Assembly (NCBI GenBank): GCA_002839825.1
Contig: PGYU01000007.1
Coordinates: 27,165-91,164 of the forward strand
DNA: 64,000 nt
Reading direction: 5' to 3'
Source: Ignavibacteriae bacterium HGW-Ignavibacteriae-1
Lineage (GTDB): Bacteria > Bacteroidota > Ignavibacteria > Kapaibacteriales > UBA2268
Part shown: one piece after another, positions 38,433-49,376 of the stretch
Layout: each line of letters begins with the position of its first letter
Position numbering within the stretch: the first letter of the stretch is position 1
Notes under the pieces: model-generated
Told to the model about the DNA's origin: nothing
Seen by the model: the letters and a program-made list of their open reading frames with translations, nothing else
Databases searched by the model: none
Translations under genes and position numbers: made by a program

Positions 38433-39620
38433 TTATTCTTTTATGGCAAATTTTATTGCTTGTATGTCATTATTTGAAGTAACATTGAGAATATAAATAC
38501 CAATTGGTAGATTCAATGTACTTAAATCTAAATTATAATCATTATTCATAACATCTCTGTTATAAATTTGTTCACCCATTAAGTTGAATATATTTATAGA
38601 AAAGGGTTGAATTGAATTGACTTCTATAAGATTATTGATATAATCAACATTTATTTTTGAATTATTATCTACTTCGGCATTTTTCACACTAACCGTTGTT
38701 AAACCTCTATATAATTTACCGCCTTCAAAAGCAGCGTACAAGCTATTGTCAACATAATCCATTCCCTGCAAATGAGCATTAATAGGCGTATCTATGAATT
38801 CCCACGTCACTCCTCCATCGGAAGTGAAAAGTACAGAATTTTTATCAAAGCCAGCCCATCCAATTTGGCTATTTAACATCTTAAAGTTGCCGACTATAAA
38901 AATTGTAGTTTGAATTGTAGTTAACCAACTTTCACCACCATCAGTAGTTTTGATAATGAAACCAAATCCGGCAACCCATCCTGTAGATTTATCAATGAAT
39001 TGAACAGCTAAATTCCTATAAATTGCAGGAGTCTTGTGCGATTTCCAACTTTCGCCACCATTCGTCGTACTCAGTACTGCACCCATATCACCGACTACCC
39101 AGCCATTCATTTCATCAATAAAATATATTGACCATAAATGCAGATTGGGAATTTCATGCTGAAGTATGAACCAATTCTCGCCACCATCAATAGTTTTAAG
39201 CACAATACCGTTTTCTCCTGTTACCCAGCCAATATTTTTATCAAGAAAAAAAACAGAATTAAACTGCAGTTTAGAATTGCTTTCAAGCTTTCTCACTTCT
39301 CCATTGGAATTTACTTTAGATATCGCTCCATCAGTACCAACTATCCAACCGGTACCATCGGAGAATAAAAATATATCCACAAAAATATTACTTGTATCGG
39401 TACTGTGATCAATCCATGTGACGCCGGCATCCGTAGTTCTGAAAATGGTCCCGCTGTATCCCGCCATCCAACCATTATTACTATTATAAAATTTAATGCA
39501 ATTCATATCAGCAGCGCTTTCTATTTTAATTTCCTGCCAATCAATTTCTACCGAAAAAGTTGGGATAGTGCTTAAAAATAGCATAAAGGAAAGCAAAGTT
39601 GTCTTAAATTTCAGTTTCAT
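38433..39620 (-). CDS. BNR/Ycf48-like beta-propeller protein with a T9SS C-terminal domain.
   Basis: Repeats TTDAGVTW, TIDGGENW, TTNGGESW, TTDGGESW and TSDGGVTW. The C-terminus reads ...LNLPIGIYILNVTSNNDIQAIKFAIKE. The ATG at 39620 is preceded by AAAGGTGA, whereas the track start at 39659 would overlap the upstream gene. Confidence 0.6.
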   Translation of the reverse strand: MKLKFKTTLLSFMLFLSTIPTFSVEIDWQEIKIESAADMNCIKFYNSNNGWMAGYSGTIFRTTDAGVTWIDHSTDTSNIFVDIFLFSDGTGWIVGTDGAISKVNSNGEVRKLESNSKLQFNSVFFLDKNIGWVTGENGIVLKTIDGGENWFILQHEIPNLHLWSIYFIDEMNGWVVGDMGAVLSTTNGGESWKSHKTPAIYRNLAVQFIDKSTGWVAGFGFIIKTTDGGESWLTTIQTTIFIVGNFKMLNSQIGWAGFDKNSVLFTSDGGVTWEFIDTPINAHLQGMDYVDNSLYAAFEGGKLYRGLTTVSVKNAEVDNNSKINVDYINNLIEVNSIQPFSINIFNLMGEQIYNRDVMNNDYNLDLSTLNLPIGIYILNVTSNNDIQAIKFAIKE

Positions 39621-39631
39621 TATTTCACCTT

Positions 39632-40561
39632 TTATTTTAAATTTGAAATCTCTTTCCATTTAATAACACCGTGATAATTCTCTGCAACAAATAGTTTATT
39701 TTGATATAGAAACATTGCCCCCGGATATTCGCATTCTGAGCGGTCAAATTCTGTCCAATTCGCTCCGAAGTCTTGCGAATTTAAAATAATTCGTTCATTG
39801 TTTAATTTGCAATAAAGCCATATATTATTCTTGTCGCTCACAAATCCATTTATTGAATAATTAGTTTGCGTATTTATCCAATTCCAAGTTAAACAGTTAT
39901 CAGTGGAATTACAAAGTAAGCCATCGAACCCTAATGCCCATATCTTATTTCCATCATAATGAAGGTTCCAAATTTGTTCTCCTTCAAATATATTAATTAA
40001 TTTCCATGTTTCGCCTTCATCGTTTGATTCGTAAATAGCAGAAGCATTGTCATTATATGCTGATAAATATATTTTATCATGTACTTTTGCAATCGAAGTT
40101 AAGTTGGGATGTTCGATTATTGAAACTGCCTTCCATGTTTCTCCTTTATCTGTACTTCGCAATATGTAGGAATTTTGTGATAATATCAATAAGGTGTTTG
40201 GGTTGACATATGTGAATTTCGCTAAATTAAAAACAGGGTCAATACTCAAATCTTCAAACTCATTACCGGGTTTAGAAAAATATACAATTGTTCCGTAATA
40301 GCCAGTAATTAAAATTCCTCCATCCGGTGTAAAATCTATGTTCATCAAAGGGTAATGTGTTCCGACGTATTGTCTCTTCCAACTCAATCCGGCGTCTGTT
40401 GAATATAAATAATTATTCCTGGGTCCTAATACAATGCCTATTCCATTATCATTAAATTTGATTTTCGTTAATGGCTCGTTATTTAAATTTGCAACTGTAT
40501 TCCAATCTTCCGCTTCTGCACTAAGATGCATTATTAGCATAAATAAAATTAATATTTTCAT
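39632..40561 (-). CDS. BNR-repeat beta-propeller protein (secreted).
   Basis: Signal peptide. Repeats STDAGLSW, STDKGETW, SNDEGETW, DNCLTW and FGANW. Confidence 0.5.
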   Translation of the reverse strand: MKILILFMLIMHLSAEAEDWNTVANLNNEPLTKIKFNDNGIGIVLGPRNNYLYSTDAGLSWKRQYVGTHYPLMNIDFTPDGGILITGYYGTIVYFSKPGNEFEDLSIDPVFNLAKFTYVNPNTLLILSQNSYILRSTDKGETWKAVSIIEHPNLTSIAKVHDKIYLSAYNDNASAIYESNDEGETWKLINIFEGEQIWNLHYDGNKIWALGFDGLLCNSTDNCLTWNWINTQTNYSINGFVSDKNNIWLYCKLNNERIILNSQDFGANWTEFDRSECEYPGAMFLYQNKLFVAENYHGVIKWKEISNLK

Positions 40562-40571
40562 CGTTATTTCC

Positions 40572-42200
40572 TTAATTGATTATTATTCGTTGCGAAACAA
40601 ATTCATTCTTATCGGATTTGAGACCAATTAAATATGTGCCTGTAGTCAAATTAATCAGATTTAGTTTTATATGATGTTCTCCGGCATTCAAATTATTGAT
40701 ATTTGATAGTCTGCCAATGAATGCGCCCTGAATATCATATATATTTATCTCAATATTTCGCACTTCAGTTGTTTTGAATTTCATTGTAATAGAACCGTTG
40801 TATACCGGATTAGGATATAAATTCTGTATTTCGATTGCACCATTGGCAAATCGGCAATAATCGTAAAATGACTCTTCTTCAATGAAATTGCACGCTTCTT
40901 CTAAGCTTAATGTGCCGGACTCTATTGATGAAATAATTTCAATTTCATTTTTCAAAGCTTTTTTGTAGCGTTCCGGTAGTGATTCGATAAATTCATCTGT
41001 AGGATAATACCACAAAACTAATTTTTCAATCAAATCATTTTTATTAAATTTGATTTCGATTGGCAAAAGCTTCGAGTAATCCATGTTTTCAATATATTTC
41101 TGACTTATTGGCGAATCATGCGAAATAAATACATATTTATGGTCAGTATTATTGTATTTAAAAGCGGCAATTATCGGAACAACTTTGCTGTAGGAATCTT
41201 TTGCCCAATTACCGAATTGTGCAATATTATTTACAAAACCTTGTAAAGCCCGCGTCTTCCAATCTTCATAAGCGACTGCATAATCCATTCCAATGTATTC
41301 ATGAACCGAGCTATGCAATATTACATTTTTCAAATTGTAATATATTTTTCCGTCAATAGTGTCTGAGGTGGTTGCCGTTCTATATGCAGTAGCATGAATT
41401 GTGGCTTTAACCAATATAGATTCATCAAGTTTATCCTTCAAATCTATCTCATGGCGGGTTTTTATGAGTAGTGTATCGCCATTTACAGGGTAATTTCGTT
41501 CAACTAATTCATAATTCGCCGGAAGATTGCTATAAGATTTATTGTTCCTCATTGGAATTGGATGCAACTGATGAAAGTATTCGATAGGATATGATACAGT
41601 ATTTTCATTCAATTGAATATTTAATTTTGCTAATTCATTTTTTGTCAGATTTAAAGTTATTAGCCCCGGTATTGGGCTTCCTTCAGCATCGGTTTGAATA
41701 GAGCCTGGTTCGAGGAAATCTATAGATGTACTTTTGTTTCCAATTGTAAATACATTTTGCGGACGTTGAAGTGCTTCGGTTCTAAATGGATTTTTAATGT
41801 AAATAGGATAGTTTGTCAATTCCTCTTGAGATATGATTTGAGTTTTTCCTTCAATATGTTTGGATTTGGTACTACTTTCGGTTAATACTGCAATTTCTGA
41901 ATTGTCAATCAAATCATGTTCTGTGTGTTCAATTTCTGACGTATGGATACTGGATTTTGAACTAATTTCAATAATTTCAAGAATATTTGAAATCTCAAAG
42001 TATTGATTCATACTTAGAAAACTAAACACTACTAAAAAAGTCAACATTGCGATACTCCCCAACAGTTCGACATTCAGTGGTGAATTATGAGCAAATTTAT
42101 TCACTGCTAAAATTGAATTCAATTCCTTATCATCTAAAGGCTCTTTAAACTGATTCATTTCCTTAGCAGCAGCAAAATATTTATTTAACTCTGTATTCAT
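40572..42200 (-). CDS. Anti-sigma-like single-pass membrane protein with a T9SS C-terminal domain (paralogue of 24953-26554).
   Basis: A 45-aa N-terminal segment precedes TM helix LLGSIAMLTFLVVFSFL. The central domain shares WYYPTDEFIESLPERYK with the paralogue's WFEPTDELLKVVPENIK. The C-terminus is LYPNPVYNGSITMKF...GTYLIGLKSDKNEFVSQRIIIN. It overlaps the sigma gene by 20 nt. Confidence 0.5.
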   Translation of the reverse strand: MNTELNKYFAAAKEMNQFKEPLDDKELNSILAVNKFAHNSPLNVELLGSIAMLTFLVVFSFLSMNQYFEISNILEIIEISSKSSIHTSEIEHTEHDLIDNSEIAVLTESSTKSKHIEGKTQIISQEELTNYPIYIKNPFRTEALQRPQNVFTIGNKSTSIDFLEPGSIQTDAEGSPIPGLITLNLTKNELAKLNIQLNENTVSYPIEYFHQLHPIPMRNNKSYSNLPANYELVERNYPVNGDTLLIKTRHEIDLKDKLDESILVKATIHATAYRTATTSDTIDGKIYYNLKNVILHSSVHEYIGMDYAVAYEDWKTRALQGFVNNIAQFGNWAKDSYSKVVPIIAAFKYNNTDHKYVFISHDSPISQKYIENMDYSKLLPIEIKFNKNDLIEKLVLWYYPTDEFIESLPERYKKALKNEIEIISSIESGTLSLEEACNFIEEESFYDYCRFANGAIEIQNLYPNPVYNGSITMKFKTTEVRNIEINIYDIQGAFIGRLSNINNLNAGEHHIKLNLINLTTGTYLIGLKSDKNEFVSQRIIIN

Positions 42201-42609
42201 CTTTCACTCCAATTAATTCAGCCAATTGCTTTTTCGCTCTGTATAATCTTGATTTAATAGTTTCTTCGCTTACATTCATAATTATACTCGCTTCCTTTCG
42301 TGAAAAGCCCTCAATTTCTGATAAAATCAGCGTTTCTCTGTAATCCGGCTTCAACTTATTCATTGCTTGTCGCAAAAATTGAATATCAATCATTACATCG
42401 GGATGCAATGAGTTGTCCATTAAATTGTCAAAATCAAAATCCTTTTCAAAGTTGGATTGAAATTTGATTGATTTGTAAAACACTCTACTTGCGATAGTAA
42501 ATACATAGCTTAAGAAAGCATCTTCACTCTTGAGTTTGGCAAATCCTAAGAAAGCCTGATAAAGAGTTTCGCTCAGTAATTCCTTTGCATCGTCGGTATT
42601 TCTAGTCAT
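42181..42609 (-). CDS. ECF-type RNA polymerase sigma-70 family factor (short).
   Basis: Region 2 (LLSETLYQAFLGFAKL) and region 4 (ETLILSEIEGFSRKEASIIMNVSEETIKSRLYRAKKQL) are present. Confidence 0.7.
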   Translation of the reverse strand: MTRNTDDAKELLSETLYQAFLGFAKLKSEDAFLSYVFTIASRVFYKSIKFQSNFEKDFDFDNLMDNSLHPDVMIDIQFLRQAMNKLKPDYRETLILSEIEGFSRKEASIIMNVSEETIKSRLYRAKKQLAELIGVKDEYRVK

Positions 42610-42768
42610 GAAGAGACAATATCTCCACAGACTATCTTTGTTCCGACGATAACATTCGGTAAAATGTGCTTTTAAATCATTCAGTTTTCTATCCTTTTTT
42701 ATATTCTGTGAGTAAGTGCTTCAATATTAAAAAAAGGGTGCATTAATGAACAAATTTGCTCTCCACTC

Positions 42769-43680
42769 TCACGGCTTATAGCTTTTTATTGCTTTAATGC
42801 GGGAATTAATGCCATCTATCACGGTATTGATTGGTGGCGAAGTGCCAAAGCCAAGCTCATTATGTTCGTCAATCAGATTGCCATTCTCGATTGGGTATAT
42901 GGACCTAACTGCCGAACCTGATGTGCTGAGAGGCAACAAACTGAAAAATGTCGAGGCTTCCGTTATACATATCATTCTGTATTCGAAGAAAATGAGGTAG
43001 GATTTGTTGAGTTCCATCTCGAAATTGGGATTTGTATCTTCAAACCATTCCTTGACATAGTCAAATTTCAAGCAATTGAAAGTGTCTGAGGAGTTTGAGC
43101 CTTCCTCTCCACATGTCAGAAGTTGTTTCCCTTTGAAAATGGTGTCAACTGTTGCAATTACTTCTCGAACTGTTTTGGGCTGTACTTTGTACGATGTGGC
43201 TCTCATCAAAATCGAATTTACCGTCACTCGTGCAACTAAGTATGACGAGGTCAATGATGCATCAATAATCGGAGTGGGCGATGCTCGCCGAATTTGTTCG
43301 ATAAAGGTGAAATAATAGTTCATCACAGATTGCTTATTCAGTTCGCCATAAATCATGTAATTGAGAAAATTTTCCGGACTATATTCGATAGTTTTATACA
43401 AATATTTCATCACGGTTTGGAGTGTATCATTATAGTCTTGTCTCAGTAAGCTACCATAAAATTCCTCGAAATCAGAGTTTTTAGTCAAGCTATCCAAGAA
43501 TCTGTATGCTCTTGCGACATCTTCAGGCATATCATCGGAATAGGGCGGATTGGAGGCATTTACCTCAGTCTCATAGTGAGTGCCGATAAAATCCGGTAAG
43601 CAGGGCAAATCCTGACCAAATATAGATTGGGTGAATATGAAATTCAGGCACAAAACAAGCAGTATAACTAATAACTTCAT
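42769..43680 (-). CDS. Hypothetical secreted protein.
   Basis: 303-aa ORF with signal peptide MKLLVILLVLCLNFIFTQSIFGQ. No family was recognised. Confidence 0.45.
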   Translation of the reverse strand: MKLLVILLVLCLNFIFTQSIFGQDLPCLPDFIGTHYETEVNASNPPYSDDMPEDVARAYRFLDSLTKNSDFEEFYGSLLRQDYNDTLQTVMKYLYKTIEYSPENFLNYMIYGELNKQSVMNYYFTFIEQIRRASPTPIIDASLTSSYLVARVTVNSILMRATSYKVQPKTVREVIATVDTIFKGKQLLTCGEEGSNSSDTFNCLKFDYVKEWFEDTNPNFEMELNKSYLIFFEYRMICITEASTFFSLLPLSTSGSAVRSIYPIENGNLIDEHNELGFGTSPPINTVIDGINSRIKAIKSYKP

Positions 43681-43969
43681 GACTTTTCCTCAATTAATCA
43701 AGCGACACTCACTACAATTCAAATGAAAGAAACGAACGAATTCAGCTTTTGTTTATCATGCAAAAAAATCTTAAATTCAATATGAAATACTTTTAGTTAA
43801 AATATTAACATAATAATATAAAAAACATGTACAATCAATTCAATATGTTACAAAAGTGACAAAAATACATTTATATATAGAGATTACGATGATTTTCTTG
43901 CATGAATAAAAAATAATACTTAATTTCACAACTGTATTGATTGTAAAAATAAAATAATTATTTTAATAT

Positions 43970-46801
43970 ATGAACATAATAAGTCATTTTAAAGATAGAG
44001 GAAAAGCAGTCACCATAACTTATAGCTTGGTTTTTGCTTTAATTGCCTACTTAGCATTTACGACACTCAACTCTGCGGTACAAGTAACAATGCCCGAAGA
44101 GAACGACGAATGCATGATGTGCCATGACGACAAAGATTTGAAAGGTACGCGCAAAGGCAAGAATATTTCGATGTATGTCAATCCCAATCACGTTTTGGGT
44201 TCAGTTCACGCTGAAGTAAAATGCGTTGATTGCCATACAGATTTAGCAGGAGTGGAATTGCCTCACGAGGACGATTTGAAGCCCGCAACTTGTGGTAAAT
44301 GCCACACTAAGCAGCAAAAGGATTTCGACATGAGCTTTCATGGTGTAGCACTCAAAAAAGGCGACCCTTTGGCGCCTAATTGTCAGTACTGCCACGGTAG
44401 CCACCAAATTGTTGATGCAAAGCACGAAAAATCGCCCGTGCAACCCCTCAAAATACCATTCATGTGTGGGAAATGCCACCAAGAAGGTGCACCCGTACAA
44501 ATGTCTAGGAATATTCCCCAATCGCATATCTTGGAAAATTATTCTGAGAGTATTCATGGTGAAGGTCTTTTCAAGCGCGGTTTAGTTGTGACTGCTACTT
44601 GCGTTTCGTGTCATACTGCACATGCGATTTTGCCACATACTGATAAGAGGTCTTCGATTGCACGTAATAATATTGCCGCAACGTGCTCTCAATGTCATGC
44701 GAGAATTGAAGATGTGCACAAAAAAATCATTGATGGCGAATTATGGGAGAAAGAAGCTCATACGCTGCCTGCTTGTGTTGATTGCCACCAACCTCATAAA
44801 GTTCGGAAATCGTTTTATGATGTAGGTTTAGCAAAAGCCGAGTGTTTGAATTGTCACCAAGATAAAAATATTAAAGCAAGCAAAGGCGGTCGCTCTCTGC
44901 ATGTTGATATAAGCAAATTAGACCATTCGGTACATTCAGACCTTGCTTGCAGTAAATGCCATATTGAGGTTCGCCCATCTAAAATTCGCTCTTGCGAAAC
45001 AATTACAACAAAAGTTAATTGTGGAAGTTGCCATGACAAAGTAAACGATAATTATATGCAAAGCAGCCATGGGAAGCTATTCTTAAGTGGTGAAAGTGAT
45101 GCTCCAACTTGTGTAACATGCCACAATGACCACGAAGTGCTCCCGAAGATTAATCCAATGTCTAAAACTTTTGCTATAAATATTCCTAACCTATGCTCAG
45201 AGTGTCACCAAGACGGACATCAAGCAGCGGTCAGGATGGAAGACAAGGTACAACATCTTACAGAAACTTATTCGGAGAGTATTCACGGGCAGGGCTTGAA
45301 ATCCGGCAGACTCAAAGTAACGGCGAATTGTTCGGATTGTCACTCTGCGCATATGGAAGCAAATCATGAAAATCCCGTATCCTCGACTCATAAGGACAAT
45401 ATTAGCACCACTTGTGGCAAGTGCCATTGGGGAATTCAGACTCAATTCGATAAAAGTATCCACTCGCCAATGGTATCAAAATCGGAAGATGACTTGCCAA
45501 ATTGTAACACATGCCATGTGGCTCACTCAGTAGTTGACCCATCAAAAGATGAGTTCAGATTGTCCATGTTGAATACCTGCGGCAAATGCCATGAAAAAAT
45601 TACTCACTTATATTTCGATACATATCACGGGAAGGCGTCACTTCTTGGTTCGGGCAAAGCTGCTAAATGCCAAGATTGCCATAGCGCCCATATGATATTA
45701 CCAACATCACACGCAAATTCGACACTTTCACGAGACAACATTGTCGAAACATGTGCAAAATGCCATCCCGCAGCTAATAAAGGCTTTACAAGGTATTTAA
45801 CTCATGCAACTCATCACGACCCGGAAAAATACCCACTGCTTTTCATCACATTTTGGGGTATGACAATACTTCTTCTCGGCACATTTCTGGTTTCATGGTT
45901 GCACACATTATTGTGGTTGCCAAAGTCATTAAAGATGCGAAAAGAGATGATGGTACTCAAAGCCGCTGGGCATTCTGGCAAACGCGTTAGGAGATTTACA
46001 CCATTGAACCGAATTTTGCACGTCACAATGATATTATGCTTCCTGACTCTTGCCGCCACAGGGATGATGCTCAAATTCTCATATGCTTGGTGGGCACAAT
46101 TCAGCGTTAAGTTGATTGGCGGAGTGGAAGTTACAGGCTTCTTCCATCGCTTTGCTGCAATAGTATTGTTCGGTGTATTCTTTACTCATATTTTCGATTT
46201 AATATTCAACAAACGTAAAGAATTTAGTTCATGGAAAGAAATGCTTTTGGGTTCGGATTCTCTTTTGCCAAATAAAAAAGATTGGGAAGATTTTATCGGC
46301 TCAATGAAATGGTTCTTCAACAAAGGACCGCGCCCGCAATACGGAAGATGGACTTATTGGGAAAAATTCGACTATTTTGCAGTATTTTGGGGGATTTTCG
46401 TAATTGGCTCAACCGGGCTTATGCTCTGGATACCCGAGTTTTTCACCAAATTTATGTCCGGACAATTCATTAACGTTGCTACTATTATTCATAGTGACGA
46501 GGCATTGCTTGCAGCAGGATTCATTTTCACCATACATTTCTTCAATACGCACTTCCGTCCGGAAAAATTCCCTATGGATACCGTAATTTTCTCAGGAAGT
46601 TATGATGTAGAAGAATTCAAATTCGACAGACCCGCCGAATATGAAAAATTGGTCGAAGAAGGGAAATTGGAAGAACTTTACGTTGACGCACCGACTCCGA
46701 CACAAAAGAAAGTTCATTCAATCTTTGGATGGGCAGCTTTATTAACCGGATTATTAATAGTCTTTTTAATAATTTATTCGATTATTAGCATTAACTTTTA
46801 A
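43970..46801 (+). CDS. Membrane-anchored 19-heme c-type cytochrome fused to a C-terminal FdnI/HydC-like diheme cytochrome b domain (CbcL-like).
   Basis: I count 19 CxxCH motifs between residues 48 and 600. The C-terminal 330 aa hold 4-5 TM helices with [25 protein letters not shown] and [18 protein letters not shown], matching the Ni/Fe-hydrogenase/formate-dehydrogenase b-type cytochrome family. Confidence 0.8.
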   Translation: MNIISHFKDRGKAVTITYSLVFALIAYLAFTTLNSAVQVTMPEENDECMMCHDDKDLKGTRKGKNISMYVNPNHVLGSVHAEVKCVDCHTDLAGVELPHEDDLKPATCGKCHTKQQKDFDMSFHGVALKKGDPLAPNCQYCHGSHQIVDAKHEKSPVQPLKIPFMCGKCHQEGAPVQMSRNIPQSHILENYSESIHGEGLFKRGLVVTATCVSCHTAHAILPHTDKRSSIARNNIAATCSQCHARIEDVHKKIIDGELWEKEAHTLPACVDCHQPHKVRKSFYDVGLAKAECLNCHQDKNIKASKGGRSLHVDISKLDHSVHSDLACSKCHIEVRPSKIRSCETITTKVNCGSCHDKVNDNYMQSSHGKLFLSGESDAPTCVTCHNDHEVLPKINPMSKTFAINIPNLCSECHQDGHQAAVRMEDKVQHLTETYSESIHGQGLKSGRLKVTANCSDCHSAHMEANHENPVSSTHKDNISTTCGKCHWGIQTQFDKSIHSPMVSKSEDDLPNCNTCHVAHSVVDPSKDEFRLSMLNTCGKCHEKITHLYFDTYHGKASLLGSGKAAKCQDCHSAHMILPTSHANSTLSRDNIVETCAKCHPAANKGFTRYLTHATHHDPEKYPLLFITFWGMTILLLGTFLVSWLHTLLWLPKSLKMRKEMMVLKAAGHSGKRVRRFTPLNRILHVTMILCFLTLAATGMMLKFSYAWWAQFSVKLIGGVEVTGFFHRFAAIVLFGVFFTHIFDLIFNKRKEFSSWKEMLLGSDSLLPNKKDWEDFIGSMKWFFNKGPRPQYGRWTYWEKFDYFAVFWGIFVIGSTGLMLWIPEFFTKFMSGQFINVATIIHSDEALLAAGFIFTIHFFNTHFRPEKFPMDTVIFSGSYDVEEFKFDRPAEYEKLVEEGKLEELYVDAPTPTQKKVHSIFGWAALLTGLLIVFLIIYSIISINF

Positions 46802-46812
46802 ATGTAAGTATA

Positions 46813-46945
46813 TCAATTCATCCGATGACTCCAAGTCATCGGATGAATATTGTAGATTAAAATATTGTAGGGACAGCAACAGCGTTCTGTCCAAAATATC
46901 GTCATACTTAGCTGCATGCGAAGAATCAAGTTTTCAAAAAAACAT
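46813..46945. repeat. ~130-bp intergenic repeat element, copy A (copy B at 55284-55412). It opens with a 14-bp-stem hairpin.
   Basis: Copy A reads caATTCATCCGATGACTccaAGTCATCGGATGAATAt...GGACAGCAACAGCGTTCTGTCC...GAAGAATCAAGTTTTCA, and copy B is nearly identical. Confidence 0.65.
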
Positions 46946-47378
46946 TCCGTCAGGTCTACAACTGACGGACTGAAATGAAGAACATGTTTACCGTCAGTTA
47001 TAACAACTGACGGGACAATAAAACGAATGATATTGTATAAATTGTTGCAGTGAATAAGGTAGGTGACGTTTGGGTGATAAAACTTGGAGAGACTTCTGTT
47101 TTGCAGTTCTCAAATGTTCATCATATAGTGTTTTCCATATCTCAAGCACTTTTTAACTAATTTTAAGGACGTTATTAGTATTTACCCATAAATCAGAAAA
47201 TAGTATCAAAGAAATTATTAATTTTTAGAAATATAGTACAAACTAAAAATAAATGTTGAAATTTAATTCAATTTGTTTATCTTTGTTTGTTGACTTTTTG
47301 GATGTTTATATATAGTTATATATATATGTTGTTTTTTAGATATAAATAATCTTACAATAATATTCTGATAAGGTAAAT

Positions 47379-48545
47379 ATGAAAGACAAGAAGCATATAG
47401 TAATAGTATTCTCAATAGTTTTTGGGAGTATAATTATAGCGTTGATTGCTGACAGATTATTGCAACCTACAAGTTTCGGCAAATACGGACATTACCGTTG
47501 GGATGCCGTTAATGAGCTTCAGACTCAGAAAATCATAAATCAAAATACTAATACATGTAGTGAATGTCATAATGATATATATCAGTTGCATCAGAAGGAC
47601 GCTCATTTTAGTGTGCCTTGTGTTGACTGCCACGGTGCGGGAGATTTGCACGTTTCATTCTATAGAAAAGATGAAAACTCGAAGAATATCACCAAATTAC
47701 AAGCTGTACTGAAAAAAGAATTTGATTTCGAAGGTTGTCTTTATTGCCACCGGAAATTAAATGCTCGACCTTCTGACTTCCCTCAGATAAATCAGGAAGA
47801 GCATTACAAATTTATGCACGTAATTGATTCAACTACAAAATGTATTGCCTGCCATGATCCTCACGAGCCTATATTTCTATTGACTGAATCAAGACAGGCT
47901 CGTCTGCATCCAATAGTTTACAAATGTACTGATTGCCACAGTAAAAGACCCGAAAAGAATTATTATGATGTTGCCGACCATCCTAAGATATTCGAATGTA
48001 AAGATTGTCATTCCGAAATTGTCAAGGATTTCAACACTAAATCTCACAGTAACGCAGTTGAATGTCGAACATGCCATTTATTTCATAAAGAAGATGAGAC
48101 AATTGGACGAATGTATAAAAACGGAAACATGGAATTCTGTTTGCTTTGTCATGAAAAGAAACCCTTCAAAGATGCAGACTTTCCTCCTAAAGTTGAGTGG
48201 CCTTCCCACATTGGCAGTCTAAAACATATAGAAAAGACAGATACGAAATTATGTCTTGACTGTCACGCAAAGGATATTCATAAAATGGATTTAAGATTGA
48301 GGGGGAATCCGCATCCCGGAAATTGGAAAGCCGAACATAAGAAATATGCAAAGAGAACTTTTGCTTCTAATGACAAATCTGATTGTAAAAATTGTCATAC
48401 AAAGGATTATTGTATGTCCTGTCATTTGACAGAAATGCCACACCCGGTTGATTTTATGGATAATCACAAATTCACTGTTGAGAAAAAAGGGAAAAAAATG
48501 TGTGCAAACTGCCATAATACTGATTTCTGCGGTCAATGTCATTAA
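47379..48545 (+). CDS. Membrane-anchored 13-heme c-type cytochrome.
   Basis: An N-terminal TM helix precedes 13 CxxCH motifs, the last being CGQCH at the C-terminus. Confidence 0.8.
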   Translation: MKDKKHIVIVFSIVFGSIIIALIADRLLQPTSFGKYGHYRWDAVNELQTQKIINQNTNTCSECHNDIYQLHQKDAHFSVPCVDCHGAGDLHVSFYRKDENSKNITKLQAVLKKEFDFEGCLYCHRKLNARPSDFPQINQEEHYKFMHVIDSTTKCIACHDPHEPIFLLTESRQARLHPIVYKCTDCHSKRPEKNYYDVADHPKIFECKDCHSEIVKDFNTKSHSNAVECRTCHLFHKEDETIGRMYKNGNMEFCLLCHEKKPFKDADFPPKVEWPSHIGSLKHIEKTDTKLCLDCHAKDIHKMDLRLRGNPHPGNWKAEHKKYAKRTFASNDKSDCKNCHTKDYCMSCHLTEMPHPVDFMDNHKFTVEKKGKKMCANCHNTDFCGQCH

Positions 48546-48620
48546 ACGTATTTGAAATAAAATGTTTACGTATTATCAAGAGAAACAAATTGATTAAACA
48601 GTAAAATAAGGACATTTAAA

Positions 48621-49376
48621 ATGGATAATATAGAAAGAAGGCAATTCATAAAATGCGGTTTGTACAGTACAGCCGGAATACTTGTCGGGTCATTTTTTGC
48701 TTTCAGTAAAAGCAGCGACCCTATTGAAGTTCTAAAATATGAGGATTTGCTAAAGTTCGACTGGGGCTATATAGTTGATACTACAAGATGTATCGGCTGC
48801 GGTGCGTGCGTAAGAGCTTGTTCGGTAGAAAATAATGTACCTGATACATTTTTCAGAACGTGGGTTGAAAGATTTGAAATTAATAAGGATGAGCAGGTAA
48901 GGGTTGATTCACCGAACGGAGCAATGGAAGGTTTCAAAAATGACAATTTTGATACCGATATTGTTAAAGCATTCTTTGTACCAAAAATCTGTAACCACTG
49001 TCAAAATTCAGCCTGTACACAGGTTTGTCCTGTCGGAGCATCATACCATTCACCGGATGGTGTTGTACTGATAGACAAAGAACATTGCATTGGGTGCGGA
49101 TACTGCGTTCAGGCTTGCCCGTATAGCTGTAGATATATAGACCATAAAGTCGGTGTTGCGGATAAATGTACATTATGTTATCATAGGATTCACAAAGGCG
49201 AACTACCGGCTTGTGTAAATGCCTGTCCCCGTAATGCTCGGATTTTCGGCAATCTGAAAGACCCCGAAAGTAATATTCGTAAAATTCTACACAAAAGAAG
49301 ATATGGTATACTTAAACCTGAATTAGGAACTAATCCTAAATGCTTTTACATCGGACTTGATATGGAGGTTAAATAA
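48621..49376 (+). CDS. Tat-exported 4x[4Fe-4S] ferredoxin subunit (NrfC/PsrB/HybA family).
   Basis: Tat motif RRQFIK. Four Cys clusters: CIGCGACVRAC, CNHCQNSACTQVCP, CIGCGYCVQACP and CTLC...CVNACP. Confidence 0.85.
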   Translation: MDNIERRQFIKCGLYSTAGILVGSFFAFSKSSDPIEVLKYEDLLKFDWGYIVDTTRCIGCGACVRACSVENNVPDTFFRTWVERFEINKDEQVRVDSPNGAMEGFKNDNFDTDIVKAFFVPKICNHCQNSACTQVCPVGASYHSPDGVVLIDKEHCIGCGYCVQACPYSCRYIDHKVGVADKCTLCYHRIHKGELPACVNACPRNARIFGNLKDPESNIRKILHKRRYGILKPELGTNPKCFYIGLDMEVK

